DNA of 64,000 nucleotides from Longimicrobiales bacterium. Its GTDB lineage: Bacteria; Gemmatimonadota; Gemmatimonadetes; Longimicrobiales; Gaopeijiaceae. Below are positions 42,646-55,542 of the stretch, piece by piece (the stretch's first letter is position 1; each line of letters begins with the position of its first letter). The stretch lies in NCBI GenBank assembly GCA_965198065.1, contig CBDAON010000004.1, forward strand, positions 2,240,001 to 2,304,000. Direction: 5' to 3'. The position numbers and the translations under genes were made by a program. The notes below the pieces were generated by a model, which had not been told where the DNA came from, made no database searches, and worked only from the letters and a program-made list of their open reading frames with translations.

Positions 42646-43248
42646 ATGCCCGGGGTGACGAAGGTCGGTGTGTTGGGGGGCACCTTCGATCCCCCCCACC
42701 TGGGCCACCTGGCCGTCGCTCAGGACGCCGTGGAGGCGCTGGGGCTCGACCGGGTGCTCCTGATCCCGGCCCAGCGGTCACCCCACAAGGACTCTCCGCC
42801 GGAGGCTCCGGGCCCCGAGCGGCTCCGGATGCTCCGGGAGGCCGTAGCGGGTGATCCCCGCTTCGAGGCCTCTGACATCGAGCTCCGACGCCCGGCACCC
42901 TCGTATGCGATCGACACGCTCACGGAGCTCGAAGGTGCGCTGGCGGGAGCCCGGCTCGTCCTGCTCCTTGGGGTGGATCAGTGGGCGAGCCTCGGGCGCT
43001 GGCGCTGTCCGAGGGAGATCGCACGGCTCGCGAGGATCGCGGTGCTCACCCGGAGCGGAGAGCGCCCACGGGACGTGGACCCCGGCTTCGCGGACGGCCC
43101 GCCTCCCGCGGTCACGGAAGTTCCCGTGACCCGGCTGGATGTCTCCTCGAGCGACGTTCGCCGACGCGTGCGGGAAGGACGATCGATACGGCACCTCGTT
43201 CCGGAGGCCGTCCGGCGGATCATCGAGGCCTACCAGCTGTATCTTTAA
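42646..43248 (+). CDS. nadD: nicotinate-nucleotide adenylyltransferase
   Basis: GGTFDPPHLGH, SPHK, SYAIDTL, VSSSDVR. Confidence 0.93.
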   Translation: MPGVTKVGVLGGTFDPPHLGHLAVAQDAVEALGLDRVLLIPAQRSPHKDSPPEAPGPERLRMLREAVAGDPRFEASDIELRRPAPSYAIDTLTELEGALAGARLVLLLGVDQWASLGRWRCPREIARLARIAVLTRSGERPRDVDPGFADGPPPAVTEVPVTRLDVSSSDVRRRVREGRSIRHLVPEAVRRIIEAYQLYL

Positions 43249-43253
43249 GGGCC

Positions 43254-46200
43254 ATGAAAGTCAAAGACCTCATGAAGAAGGTCCTGGGCTCCCAGCACGA
43301 GCGGGAGATCAAGACGCTCCGCCCCCTGGTCGAGGAGATCAACGAGCTGGCGGACGAATTCTCGAAGCTCTCCGACGAGGAGCTCCGGGCAAAGACGGAC
43401 GAGTTCCGGGCGTACATCGCCGAGCAGACGAACCCCTTCGAGGAGCGGATCGCCGAGGCCAAGGCAGAGAAGGCGAGAACCTCGGACGGCGCCTCCCGTG
43501 AGGCCCTCGCCCTCCAGATCCAGGACCTCGAGGACGAGCTGAGCCGGGAGATCGAGGCCGCGCTGGATGAATTGCTTCCCGAAGCATACGCGGCCGTGAA
43601 GGACACCTGCCGGCGTCTCCTCGGGAAGGAGATCTCGGTCACGAACCAGAAGCTCGTGTGGGACATGGTTCCCTACGACGTCCAGATCGTCGGGGCCATC
43701 GCCCTCCACCGCGGCTCCGCGTGCGAGATGGCAACCGGGGAGGGGAAGACCCTGGCCGCCACGATGCCGCTTTACCTGAACGCGCTGGCCGGACGGGGCG
43801 CCCACCTCGTCACCGTCAACTCCTACCTGGCCGAGCGGGACGCGCAGTGGATGGGGGCCATTTACAGCTTCCTCGGGATGGAGGCCGGAGTCATCGACCT
43901 CCACCAGCCGGGGAGCCCCGAGCGGCGGGCCGCGTACCGGGCGGACATCACGTACGGGACCAACAACGAGTTCGGGTTCGACTATCTCCGGGACAACATG
44001 GTGCACTCCCTGGAGGGTCGGGTTCAGCCGCGCCACTACTACGCGATCATCGACGAGGTGGACTCGATCCTGATCGACGAGGCGCGAACCCCGCTCATCA
44101 TCTCAGGACCCGTGAGCCGCACCACGGACCAGAGCTACAAGCAGTACCAGCCCCTCGTAGCGAAGCTCTACCGGGAGCAGATGCAGATCGCGAGCAACCT
44201 CATCGCGGAGGCGGAGAAAGCGCTGGCAGGGGAGGGGGAAGGCGACGAGAGCGGGAACGGGGGGGGAGAGGACGCCAACTGGGTCGCGGCTCGAAACCTC
44301 CTCGCGCTCAAGCGGGGAACCCCGCGGCACAAGCGCCTCCTCAAGCTCTTCGCGGACGATCCCTCGGTACAGAAGGCGGTCCAGAAGGCCGAGGCCGACC
44401 TCATGCGGGAGAAGCGGCTCCACGAGCTGGACGAGAGCCTCCTCTTCGCGATGGACGAGAAGGGGCACAACGTCCACCTCTCGGACCGCGGGATGGATCA
44501 GCTGAGCCCGGACGACCCCGACGCGTTCCTCGTGCCCGATCTCTCCGAGATGATCGGGGAGATCCAGGAGGACGAGTCTCTCTCCGCGGACCACAAGCGG
44601 GAGAAGGTGGAGCAGCTCGAGACCGAGTACGCCCGGAAGAGCGAGCGGATGCACGTGATCCACCAGCTCCTCAAGGCGTACGCTCTCTTCCAGAAGGACG
44701 AGCAGTACATCATCGGGGAGGACGGCCAGATCGTCATCGTGGACGAGTTCACGGGGCGCCAGATGGCGGGTCGGCGGTGGAGCGACGGGCTCCACCAGGC
44801 CGTCGAGGCCAAGGAGGGGGTCGACGTGAAGGGAGAGACCCAGACCCTCGCCACGATCACAATCCAGAACTACTTCCGCCTCTACGACAAGCTCGCCGGG
44901 ATGACGGGGACCGCGGAGACCGAGGAGAACGAGTTCCATCAGATCTACAAGCTGAGCGTGCTCGTCATCTCGACGAACCAGCCCGTGATCCGGGACGACC
45001 GGAACGACCTGATCTTCAAGACCAAGCGCGAGAAATACAACGCGCTGATGGACGAGATCGAGCGGCTCTCGAAGATGGAGCTGCCCGTGCTGGTTGGGAC
45101 CACGAACGTCGAAGTGTCCGAGACGCTCTCACGGATGCTCAAGCGCCGAGGGATCTCCCATAACGTGCTGAACGCCAAGCAGCACCGTCGGGAGGCCGAG
45201 ATCGTGGTTGAGGCCGGCCGGCCGGGGACCGTCACGATCGCGACGAACATGGCCGGCCGTGGAACCGACATCAAGCTGGGGGCCGGCGTCACGGAGGCCC
45301 GCACGGTGAGGTGGGCGAAGGAGAAGGGACTGGACGTCACGGAGCTCGCCCCGATCGACCCCAATCTCTGGGCCGACTTCGCGGAGAAGCCGGACGACTT
45401 CGTGATCGAGTGTGGGGGGCTCCACATCCTGGGGTCCGAGCGTCACGAATCCCGGCGGATCGACCGCCAGCTCCGTGGCCGCGCCGGGCGGCAGGGAGAC
45501 CCCGGGGCCACCCAGTTCTTCCTCTCGCTCGAGGACGATCTCATGAGGCTCTTCGGCTCCGAGCGCATCGCGAGCGCGATGGAGCGGTGGGGGGCCGAGG
45601 AAGGGGAAGTCATCACGGCTGGCATCGTCACGATGTCGATCGAGCGGGCGCAGAAGCGGGTCGAGGGAAACAACTTCGAGGCCCGGAAGCGGCTGCTGGA
45701 CTACGACGACGTGATGAATCAGCAGCGCGAGGTCGTCTACGATCTCCGCCTCTTCGCCCTGGAGGGGGGCGAGGATCTCAAGGGCGAGCTGAAGGAGATG
45801 GTTCAGGCCGCCCTCACCGAGGTCGTCCAGGAGTACGCGCTTCCAGAGTCGCACCCCGACGACTGGGAGCTCGGATCCCTACGCCGCCGCCTGGGCACGG
45901 ACTTCCTCGTCCAGGCGGACGCCCTCCCCGAGGAAGATGACGTGGCCGGATCGTTCCTGGACGAGGAGGACGTGCTCGAGGCCGTGCTCCAGACCGCGGG
46001 CGACCAGTTCGAGAAGAAGCTCGAGAGCTTCGGAGAGAACGCGGAGCGCTTCCAGGGGTGGCTTCTCCTCTCCGTGCTGGACGAGAAGTGGAAGGATCAC
46101 CTGTACGACCTGGATCACCTGAAGGCGTCGATCAGCTTCCGGGGGTGGGGGCAGAAGGATCCCCTCATCGAGTACAAGAAAGAAGCCTACGACATGTTCG

Positions 46201-46583
46201 TGGACCTCATGAGGGACATCCGGAAGACGGTGACGACCCTCCTCTTCCGCGCCCAGCTCACCGCGCCTCCCCAGGTGCGCGCACCCCAGCGCCTGCAATA
46301 CGCGGGGCCGAGCGAGCCGGGGCAGGGGGGCGGCGTGGCGGAGGCGGGTGCGGCCGCTGGGACCGTGCCCGCCCCCAGGCGGCTGTCGCCGCGGCTGGAC
46401 CCGGTCGGCGTGGCCGCGAGCGCTCGCGCGGCTCCGGGATCCGAGGTCTCCGGCCTGGCCACGAACCGGGGCGAAGAACGGGTGCAGCGTCCCGTGACGG
46501 TCCACGCCGAGCCCGGACGCAACGACCCCTGCCCCTGCGGGAGCGGGAAGAAGTACAAGAAGTGCCACGGAGCGGTGGGATAA
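43254..46583 (+). CDS. secA: protein translocase subunit SecA (long form)
   Basis: MATGEGKT, DEVDSILIDEARTPLIISG, ATNMAGRGTDI, QLRGRAGRQGDPG and the SEC-C motif GRNDPCPCGSGKKYKKCHG. Confidence 0.98.
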   Translation: MKVKDLMKKVLGSQHEREIKTLRPLVEEINELADEFSKLSDEELRAKTDEFRAYIAEQTNPFEERIAEAKAEKARTSDGASREALALQIQDLEDELSREIEAALDELLPEAYAAVKDTCRRLLGKEISVTNQKLVWDMVPYDVQIVGAIALHRGSACEMATGEGKTLAATMPLYLNALAGRGAHLVTVNSYLAERDAQWMGAIYSFLGMEAGVIDLHQPGSPERRAAYRADITYGTNNEFGFDYLRDNMVHSLEGRVQPRHYYAIIDEVDSILIDEARTPLIISGPVSRTTDQSYKQYQPLVAKLYREQMQIASNLIAEAEKALAGEGEGDESGNGGGEDANWVAARNLLALKRGTPRHKRLLKLFADDPSVQKAVQKAEADLMREKRLHELDESLLFAMDEKGHNVHLSDRGMDQLSPDDPDAFLVPDLSEMIGEIQEDESLSADHKREKVEQLETEYARKSERMHVIHQLLKAYALFQKDEQYIIGEDGQIVIVDEFTGRQMAGRRWSDGLHQAVEAKEGVDVKGETQTLATITIQNYFRLYDKLAGMTGTAETEENEFHQIYKLSVLVISTNQPVIRDDRNDLIFKTKREKYNALMDEIERLSKMELPVLVGTTNVEVSETLSRMLKRRGISHNVLNAKQHRREAEIVVEAGRPGTVTIATNMAGRGTDIKLGAGVTEARTVRWAKEKGLDVTELAPIDPNLWADFAEKPDDFVIECGGLHILGSERHESRRIDRQLRGRAGRQGDPGATQFFLSLEDDLMRLFGSERIASAMERWGAEEGEVITAGIVTMSIERAQKRVEGNNFEARKRLLDYDDVMNQQREVVYDLRLFALEGGEDLKGELKEMVQAALTEVVQEYALPESHPDDWELGSLRRRLGTDFLVQADALPEEDDVAGSFLDEEDVLEAVLQTAGDQFEKKLESFGENAERFQGWLLLSVLDEKWKDHLYDLDHLKASISFRGWGQKDPLIEYKKEAYDMFVDLMRDIRKTVTTLLFRAQLTAPPQVRAPQRLQYAGPSEPGQGGGVAEAGAAAGTVPAPRRLSPRLDPVGVAASARAAPGSEVSGLATNRGEERVQRPVTVHAEPGRNDPCPCGSGKKYKKCHGAVG

Positions 46584-46663
46584 AGCATTGCGGCACCACG
46601 GAAAGCGCCACGGATGGTGTCTGGATTGTACCGCAACTGTGCCAGAATAGGGCACAAAAAAGC

Positions 46664-46975
46664 TCAACCCACCGCCTCACGGATCGGTACCGCGGTTCTC
46701 TCCTCCTCTCGGTCCCCGTGCATCTTGGCGAGCTTCGCCACCCCTTCCTCCAGGGCCACCTAATCCGCGATCGCGTAGCGCCGGGACACGGCCTCGGTCT
46801 TATGGCCGGTCAACTTCATGGCGACTGATCGGGGGACACCGGCCCGCTCGAGGTTGCGCACCGCTGTCCTCCGGAGGTCGTGGAACAGCCACCCCTTTAG
46901 GCCAGCGCGTTGACACGCGGCCTGCCACCCACGCCGGAACGAGCGAATCTGCTTTCCGTCTCGGTGGAACACCTC
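46664..46975 (-). pseudogene. C-terminal relic of a tyrosine recombinase/integrase
   Basis: FHDLRRTA...TGHKT...RRYAI catalytic residues; in-frame TAG at 46760, then VALEEGVAKL... to TGA at 46664; N-terminus absent. Confidence 0.8.
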
Positions 46976-47180
46976 GCGGACGCGCTCGAGCGCCGCGGGG
47001 GCGAGCTGAAGGAGTTGGCGGTGAAGCTGAGGAGGGCGGGGGAGTGAGCTACGCGACCGGCGCAGAACAACACGGTAGGCGCTACATCCATCTTCTTGCC
47101 GCCCCCCTGAACGCCCAGCATCTTTTCCCGTGTCTTCTCAGTTGGGCGCAGTTCCGTGATTCCGCTTCGTAACGGGACGT

Positions 47181-47483
47181 ATGGCCGACTCCTCCGAAAA
47201 TCCTCTGAAGCGTCTGATCGCTGAGATCCACCGCCGGTCCCTGTGGCAGGTGCTTGGGATCTATGCGGTCGCGTCTTGGGCTGTCTTGGGAGGCGTGAGC
47301 ACCCTGGGCGACGCGCTCGGCCCACCGGACTGGTTCCCTCGGTCTGCTCTGGGCCTCCTCATCGTCGGTCTCCCTATCGTGCTGGCCACGGCATTCGTGC
47401 AGGAGGGTGGTCCGGGACACGAGGCCCAACCCGTGAAGAGCACAGCCGGTGCACAGGAAAACGGGGGATCAAGTGGAGTCCAC
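47181..47483 (+). pseudogene. N-terminal two-TM segment of a membrane-anchored signalling/TPR protein, cut by the IS
   Basis: EIHRRSLWQVLGIY...PDW...GLPIVLATAFVQEG; the ORF ends at the IS terminus. Family recalled from memory. Confidence 0.55.
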
Positions 47484-47512
47484 TGACCTGCCCCGAAGAG
47501 CGGTACCACAAC

Positions 47513-48347
47513 CTATGTTAGTCCCAGCACCTGTGGAGGGCGGTGAAGGACGGGCATCCTCAGGAACCAGGGCGACGGCTTAATCGCCTCAGGGGCCGGG
47601 GGAAAGCCGCCGCAGGCGCTGTGGGGTCGGACGGTATCGTACTCGCGCCTCCATGCAGCTCGTCCCTGAGCTTGCCGTTGAAGCTCTCGTTGTAGCCGTT
47701 CTCCCACGGGCTGCCCGGCTCGATAAAGAGCGTCTCGACGCCCACGCGCCCCAACCACCGCCGCACGGGCTTCGCGGTGAACTCCGGTCCGTTGTCCGAC
47801 CTCAGATACTCGGGAGGCCCGTGTCGGACGAACAGATCGGCCAGCACCTCGAGCACGTCGTGCGAGCGGATCTTGCGAGCCACCACGATCGCCAGGCACT
47901 CCCTCGTGTGCTCGTCCAGCACTGTCAGCAGCTTCAGCGCACGCCCGTCGTGCGTCCTCGAGGCCACGAAGTCGTACGACCAGACGTGGCCCCGATACAG
48001 CGGCCTCAGCCGGATGCACGATCCGTCGTTGAGCCACAGCCGACCTCGCTTCGGCTGCCGCTCCGGGACCTTCAGCCCCTCCTGCCTCCAGATCCGCTCC
48101 ACCCGCTTGTGCTTCACCCCCAGCCCTCGATGCGGAGCGTGTCCGTGACGCGTCGCTAGCCGTAGCGGCCGAATCGACTCGCGAGTCGCACGATATCACC
48201 TCGGAGCGCCCCCTCGTCACTCGCCACTCTCCTCGCCCCGCGCTGGGTCGTGCGTGGCTGCCCGAGCACCCGGCACGCTCTCCTCTCCGACGCCCCGAGC
48301 TGCTGACGTACACGCACCACACAACGTCGTCGGCCCTCGGGGCTCAG
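47513..48347 (-). pseudogene. IS3 OrfB DDE transposase, inactivated
   Basis: SERRACR, WSYDFV, RSDNGPEF, PGSPWENGYNESFNGKLRDE, RPHS; stop at 48156 plus a frameshift and an internal deletion. Confidence 0.85.
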
Positions 48348-48622
48348 AAGTTTCCCTTGGCCGCTTCCTCCACGATCAGCTTGTCCAGTGTCAAGTCCGC
48401 CACTGCTCGCTTCAGGCGCCCGTTCTCGCGCTCGAGCTCCTTCAGGCGCCGTGCCTGGTCCACCTTCATCCCGCCGTACTCCCGCCTCCACCGGTAGTAC
48501 GTCTGCTCGGTGATGCCGAGCTCCCCCCTGATCAGCTTCACGGATTTGCCGCCGGCCAGACCGACCTCTGCCTCCCGCACTGCAGTGATGATCTGCTCCG
48601 GAGTGTGTCGCTTCCTTCCCAT
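48344..48622 (-). CDS. IS3 OrfA (HTH + leucine zipper)
   Basis: HTPEQII, GITEQTYYRWR, LKELERENGRLK; GGGAAAC -1 slippery site at the 3' end. Confidence 0.88.
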   Translation of the reverse strand: MGRKRHTPEQIITAVREAEVGLAGGKSVKLIRGELGITEQTYYRWRREYGGMKVDQARRLKELERENGRLKRAVADLTLDKLIVEEAAKGNF

Positions 48623-49631
48623 CCTGACCTCCTCGCTGAAAAGCTTCGGACCAGGTCGATCCTAACATTGCACCTGGTCTCGTTTCAGCGGGTCAGGTCA
48701 GGGGCAGGTCAGCTCTTCGGGGCAGGTCACTAGCGCGATCCGATTGTCTGCATAATCCGCTTGGCGCAACTGCGAAAGCCGTAGGCGGATTCTCTGCGCG
48801 TTGGTCATGTCTGAAACCTTTAGAGAGATTCCAGTAAGTGATTTATATACTCTGTGCGGCAAGGTGGCTATTCAGGATGGCCACGTGGCGACGTCGGCCG
48901 AACGTAGTCACCAGATCGCCCCCAATGCGCATCGCCTTCTCCTCCGTGTGACGCCCAAGCCAATCCTTTATCAGCTCCATCATCCCGTCCAACGAGACCC
49001 CGGTTTTCAAGAACGCCTCGCCCCAATATGGACCGCCCAGAACGAAAATCCCGAGTGCGACAGTTCCTGGTCCCGCGATCTCGTTCAATCGCTGGCGCGT
49101 CCTTTGGTCTTCGGCTTCGATCTCTGGAGTAGTTTCGCGAAGTGAGATGGGCGGTGAGGATGCCGGAGGAGCTTGCTCGTGAGGTTGAACCCGTGGCCCA
49201 GTCGATCCGCAGCCGGGCGGCTCAGGCCGAGCGGCCGGATTCGGCGGGTCAAGATCTCTGGACGGTCCAGTGAGTTCCTGCCAATTGGTGCCGTTTCCCT
49301 GCTATTTCGGTCGCAGCGACGCGGCGTGCCGAAGGTGTGCGGAGCTTCGCCGAAGCTGCCGAGGGGTGGCTCCTGACTCCGAAGGAGTGGATGCTAGCTC
49401 CCAACACGCCCGCTAACTCCGTCGGAGCGCGGGCCTCTTGGGGATCGGTTTTCGAGCATTCGTGGGGGAGGGCTGGGTGGTGAGGGAACTGATTCGGGCC
49501 GAGATTTCCGCCACTCCATGTCCGCAATTTGATACGGTTTTCCCGCTGTTTTGGTACTGCCGAGTGTAACGTGGCCTAACGGCAAGTGCGGCAGATCGTG
49601 CAGTCCTAGTTGAGCTTATGCGATTACTTGC

Positions 49632-51698
<2,067 letters not shown>

Positions 51699-51722
51699 CG
51701 TTATTCACATCCTCCGGACCAC

Positions 51723-51766
51723 GCTTTGGGAGCAGGAGGTCCCCGGTTCAAATCCGGGCGCCCCGA
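51723..51766 (+). other. 3' half of tRNA-Pro(TGG), att-type fragment
   Basis: Anticodon loop TTTGGGA, T-arm CCCGG-TTCAAAT-CCGGG and acceptor strand CGCCCCG-A; no D-arm or 5' acceptor strand upstream. Confidence 0.85.
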
Positions 51767-51826
51767 CTAGGGTGACGAAGCGCCGTGAAAGGCCGAGCAC
51801 CGGATCAGCCCAGCCCTTCCCTGACC

Positions 51827-52555
51827 ATGTGCGGCCGATACGGACTCACCGCGGAGCAGGAGGCCGTCGCCGCAGCGTTCGGCGTGACGACGCTGCTTGT
51901 CGACCACGTGCCTCGCTACAACATCGCCCCCACTCAGGACGCGCCTGTCGTCGTACGGGGCGGCACGGAGCGGCGGCTCGTCCCACAGCGCTGGGGCCTG
52001 ATCCCACCCGATGAGACCGACCTGCGGCGCGGCGCACGTCTGATAAACGCGCGGTCCGAGACCGTCTCGACCCGGCCGACCTTTCGCGATGCGTGGCGGA
52101 AGGGGCAGCGATGCGTGGTCCCCGCCACCGGGTTCTTCGAGTGGAGCAGGCCGGAGGGAGGATGGGGCGCCAGGATCCCGTACTGGATCCACATGGAGGA
52201 CGAGCGCCCCTTCGGCCTCGCAGGCATTTGGGACTGCTCGGGCCCGCCGAGCGACCCGATCCAGAGCTTCGCGATCCTCACCGCGGAGCCAAACGACCTG
52301 GTGAGCCCGATCCACGACCGGATGCCGGTCATTCTCGGGGACGCTGCGGCATGGGAGGCGTGGATGGATCCCCAGGCCCCTTGGTGGCAGATCAAGCGGC
52401 TCTTCGCGCCCCGTCGATCCGACGACTTGGAAGCGCGGAGGGTGAGCACCTTCGTGAACAACCCCAGGAACGAAGGGCCCGAATGCATTGAGCCCACGGG
52501 GCTGAGGGCCGCTCGCCGCAGGACGGCCCTTCGGCTCCCCCCGCTTCCTCGGTGA
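51827..52555 (+). CDS. SOS-response-associated peptidase (SRAP/YedK/HMCES family)
   Basis: MCGRY N-terminus, RYNIAPTQ, INARSET, GFFEW, IHDRMPVIL, VNNPRN. Confidence 0.93.
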   Translation: MCGRYGLTAEQEAVAAAFGVTTLLVDHVPRYNIAPTQDAPVVVRGGTERRLVPQRWGLIPPDETDLRRGARLINARSETVSTRPTFRDAWRKGQRCVVPATGFFEWSRPEGGWGARIPYWIHMEDERPFGLAGIWDCSGPPSDPIQSFAILTAEPNDLVSPIHDRMPVILGDAAAWEAWMDPQAPWWQIKRLFAPRRSDDLEARRVSTFVNNPRNEGPECIEPTGLRAARRRTALRLPPLPR

Positions 52556-52728
52556 TGGATCAGCTGACCGACCACCGGCCCCGTTCCGGGCCAGTTGACC
52601 TCGCGCGCCAAAGCTCTAGACTTGGCCATCTCGAAAAGGACTTCTCGGGATTCCAGAACACACCCCGGCCGCTGGGACTTTGAGTGAGCCACTCGTCCTG
52701 CGACCCGTCCGCCCGCACAGGAACTGGC

Positions 52729-53877
52729 ATGAAACCGCGGCAACGTCCGAGGAACCCCTCCTTCGGGTCCGGCCCCACGGCCAAGCGGCCGGGCTGGAGC
52801 GTCGGCGCCCTCGAGGGGGCGCTCTTCGCACGCTCGCACCGCTCGGGGCCGGCGAAGAAGCGGCTGGCCGAGGTCATCGATCGCTCCCGGGCACTTCTGG
52901 GCCTTCCTGGCGACTACCGCCTGGGAATCGTTCCAGGCTCGAACACCGGCGCGTTCGAGATGGCGCTCTGGACGCTGCTCGGCCCCCTCGGCGTGGACGT
53001 CCTTTCATGGGAGAGCTTCGGGGCCGGCTGGGTGACCGACGTCGAGAAGCAGCTGAAGATCGAGGACCTGCGTAAGATCGACGCGCCTTACGGGGAGCTT
53101 CCCGATCTAACGCAGGTGGACTTTAGTAGGGACGTCGTATTCGTATGGAACGGCACGACTTCTGGCGTTCGAGTTCCGAACGGGGATTGGATCCCTCGGG
53201 ATCGCGAGGGCCTCACGCTCTCGGACGCGACCTCCGCCGTGTTCGGGATGGAGATCCCCTTCGAGCGGCTGGACGCGTTCACGTACTCCTGGCAGAAGGT
53301 GCTGGGGGGCGAGGCGGCACACGGAATGCTGGCCCTCGGTCCCCGGGCCGTGGAGCGTCTGGAGAGTGCGACGCCTCCCTGGCCGCTGCCCAAGGTCTTC
53401 CGACTGACCAAGGGCGGGAAGCTGAACGAGGGCGTCTTCAGAGGCGAGACCATCAACTCGCCTTCCATGCTATGCGTGGAGGATGCCCTGGACGGGCTCC
53501 GGTGGGCCGAGAGAGAGGGAGGCGGCCCCGCTCTCCTCCGGCGCACCCGCGACAACTGCGGCGTGATCGAGGAGTGGGTCAGGAGGACTGATTGGGTGGA
53601 CTTCCTCGCGGCGCGACCGGAGATCCGCTCCCCCACGTCGATCTGTCTCAGGATCGTCGATCCGGCCGTGACCTCCCTCCCCGCCGAGGGGCAGGGGGAG
53701 CTGATCAATCGCATCGTGAACCTCCTTTCGGACGAGGGCGTCGCCTTCGACATCGCAGCGTACCGGGACGCACCTCCGGGGCTCCGCATCTGGGGGGGAG
53801 CTACGGCCGAAGCGGCGGACCTCGAGGCCCTCACTCCCTGGATCGACTGGGCGTTCGGGGAGGCGCGACATGGCTAA
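52729..53877 (+). CDS. serC: phosphoserine aminotransferase (Methanosarcina/alphaproteobacterial type)
   Basis: [50 protein letters not shown]. Confidence 0.92.
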   Translation: MKPRQRPRNPSFGSGPTAKRPGWSVGALEGALFARSHRSGPAKKRLAEVIDRSRALLGLPGDYRLGIVPGSNTGAFEMALWTLLGPLGVDVLSWESFGAGWVTDVEKQLKIEDLRKIDAPYGELPDLTQVDFSRDVVFVWNGTTSGVRVPNGDWIPRDREGLTLSDATSAVFGMEIPFERLDAFTYSWQKVLGGEAAHGMLALGPRAVERLESATPPWPLPKVFRLTKGGKLNEGVFRGETINSPSMLCVEDALDGLRWAEREGGGPALLRRTRDNCGVIEEWVRRTDWVDFLAARPEIRSPTSICLRIVDPAVTSLPAEGQGELINRIVNLLSDEGVAFDIAAYRDAPPGLRIWGGATAEAADLEALTPWIDWAFGEARHG

Positions 53878-55444
53878 GGTCCTCATTGCCGACAAGCTGA
53901 GCTCGGCCGCGGCAGGGGTGTTCAACGACCGGGGCATCGAGGCAGTGGTGAAGACCGGGCTGACGGAGGATCAGCTCGTCGAGATCATCGGGGACTTCGA
54001 CGGTGTCGCGGTTCGTTCGGCCACGAAGGTCACCCGCCGCGTCCTCGAGTCTGGTGAACAGCTGAGGGTCGTCGGTCGGGCCGGAGTCGGGGTGGACAAC
54101 ATCGACGTCCCCGCAGCCACGGCGCGCGGTATCGTGGTCATGAACACTCCGTATGGGAACTCCGTGACCACCGCTGAGCACGCGATCGCGCTCATGCTCG
54201 CCACCGCACGCCAGATCGCGGCGGCGGACCGGTCTACCCGACAGGGGAAGTGGGAGAAGTCGCGCTTCATCGGGATGGAGCTCCAGGGAAAGACGCTCGG
54301 GCTGATCGGGTGCGGGAACATCGGGTCGATTGTCGCGTCGCGCGCCCAGGGACTCGGGATGCGCGTCATCGCGTCCGATCCCTTCCTATCGCCCGAGCGG
54401 GTGAAGGAGCTGGGAGTCGAGCGAGTGGAGCTGGACGAGCTGCTCGGCAGGGCCGACGTGATCAGCCTTCACACGCCGCTGAACGACAGCACCCGCAACA
54501 TCCTGAGCGCTGGCGCTCTGAAGAAGACACGCCCCGGCATTCGGATCGTGAACTGCGCTCGGGGCGGCCTGATGGACGAGGCAGCCCTCGCCGAGGCGAT
54601 CCGGTCCGGGCACGTGGCGAGCGCGGCCCTGGATGTCTTCGCGACTGAGCCCCCGGGACAGAGCCCCCTGTTCGAGCTCGAGAACGTGGTCGTGACCCCG
54701 CACCTCGGAGCTTCCACAGGCGAAGCCCAGGAGAAGGTCGCGGTCCAGGTGGCCCAGCAGATGGCGGATTTCCTCATCGCTGGGGCCGTGGCGAATGCCG
54801 TGAACACACCCTCGATCTTGGCCGAAGAGGCCCCTCTCCTCCGGCCCTACATCGAGCTGGCCCGTGTGCTCGGCAGCCTCGCGGGCCAGATCACGGAGTC
54901 CGGTCTGAAGGGGGTCACCCTGACCTACTCGGGGCACGCAGCTGCCCTGAACCACAAGCCCCTTACGGCCTCTGCGCTCGAGGGGCTCCTCTCTCCGCTC
55001 CTGGAGAGCGTGAACGCGGTGAACGCGCCCGTCGTGGCTCGGGAGCGAAACATCGACGTGACCACGGTCGAGCGAGAGCGCGCGGAGGGGTACGAAGCGC
55101 TCATGCGACTCACCGTCCTGACCGAACGGGGAGAGCGGACCGTGGCGGGCACCCTCTTCCAGGGAGGGGGCCCGAGGATCGTCGAGATCCAGGGGATTCC
55201 TCTCGAGGCGCGGATCGCGCCTCGCATGCTGTACACGCGAAACTCCGACAAGCCCGGCTTCATTGGGGCCCTCGGAACCACGCTCGGGGACGCCGGAATC
55301 AACATCGCCAGCTTCCACCTGGGTAGGAACGCCACGGGAGACGCGATCGCGCTGATCGACGTGGATCAGGAGGTCCCGAAGGAGGTTATGGTGTCGATCA
55401 GGGCGCTGCCCCACGTGATCCAGGCCAGGGCGCTGCACTTCTGA
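53870..55444 (+). CDS. serA: D-3-phosphoglycerate dehydrogenase (long form with ASB and ACT domains)
   Basis: [43 protein letters not shown]...[10 protein letters not shown]. Confidence 0.95.
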   Translation: MAKVLIADKLSSAAAGVFNDRGIEAVVKTGLTEDQLVEIIGDFDGVAVRSATKVTRRVLESGEQLRVVGRAGVGVDNIDVPAATARGIVVMNTPYGNSVTTAEHAIALMLATARQIAAADRSTRQGKWEKSRFIGMELQGKTLGLIGCGNIGSIVASRAQGLGMRVIASDPFLSPERVKELGVERVELDELLGRADVISLHTPLNDSTRNILSAGALKKTRPGIRIVNCARGGLMDEAALAEAIRSGHVASAALDVFATEPPGQSPLFELENVVVTPHLGASTGEAQEKVAVQVAQQMADFLIAGAVANAVNTPSILAEEAPLLRPYIELARVLGSLAGQITESGLKGVTLTYSGHAAALNHKPLTASALEGLLSPLLESVNAVNAPVVARERNIDVTTVERERAEGYEALMRLTVLTERGERTVAGTLFQGGGPRIVEIQGIPLEARIAPRMLYTRNSDKPGFIGALGTTLGDAGINIASFHLGRNATGDAIALIDVDQEVPKEVMVSIRALPHVIQARALHF

Positions 55445-55506
55445 CGCCCTCCGTGCCCCACACCGCACGGTTGTGGGTGACCCGCTCCCAGCGACGCCGC
55501 TGACTA

Positions 55507-55536
55507 TTGACACTCCCGGGGGACGGCGCATAGTAT
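55507..55536 (+). promoter_or_regulatory. sigma70-type promoter
   Basis: TTGACA-18 nt-TAGTAT. Confidence 0.6.
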
Positions 55537-55542
55537 GCGCCC

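Larger units (their letters stand above)
47484..48700 (-). mobile_element. IS3-family element (IS407-like), defective
   Basis: TG...CA ends; imperfect IRs TGACCTGCCCCGAAGAGCGGTACCA and TGACCTGACCCGCTGAAACGAGACCA; orfA/orfB arrangement. Confidence 0.9.

Noticed and set aside
43254..46583. Unusually long SecA as a novelty or intein host
   Set aside because: Long SecA forms with helical insertions are known in several phyla, and no intein terminal motifs are visible.
14434..48158. Genome-wide stop-codon reassignment (in-frame TAG in asnB, the integrase and IS orfB; TGA in asnB)
   Set aside because: TAG ends bamD, rnr and vapC, and TGA ends most intact genes at the expected positions. The internal stops occur only in genes with other signs of damage.
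52620..52728. Riboswitch in the serC leader
   Set aside because: A ~100-nt leader follows a possible TTGACC/TAGACT promoter, but I could not match it to the ZTP, glycine, SAM or serC motifs by eye.
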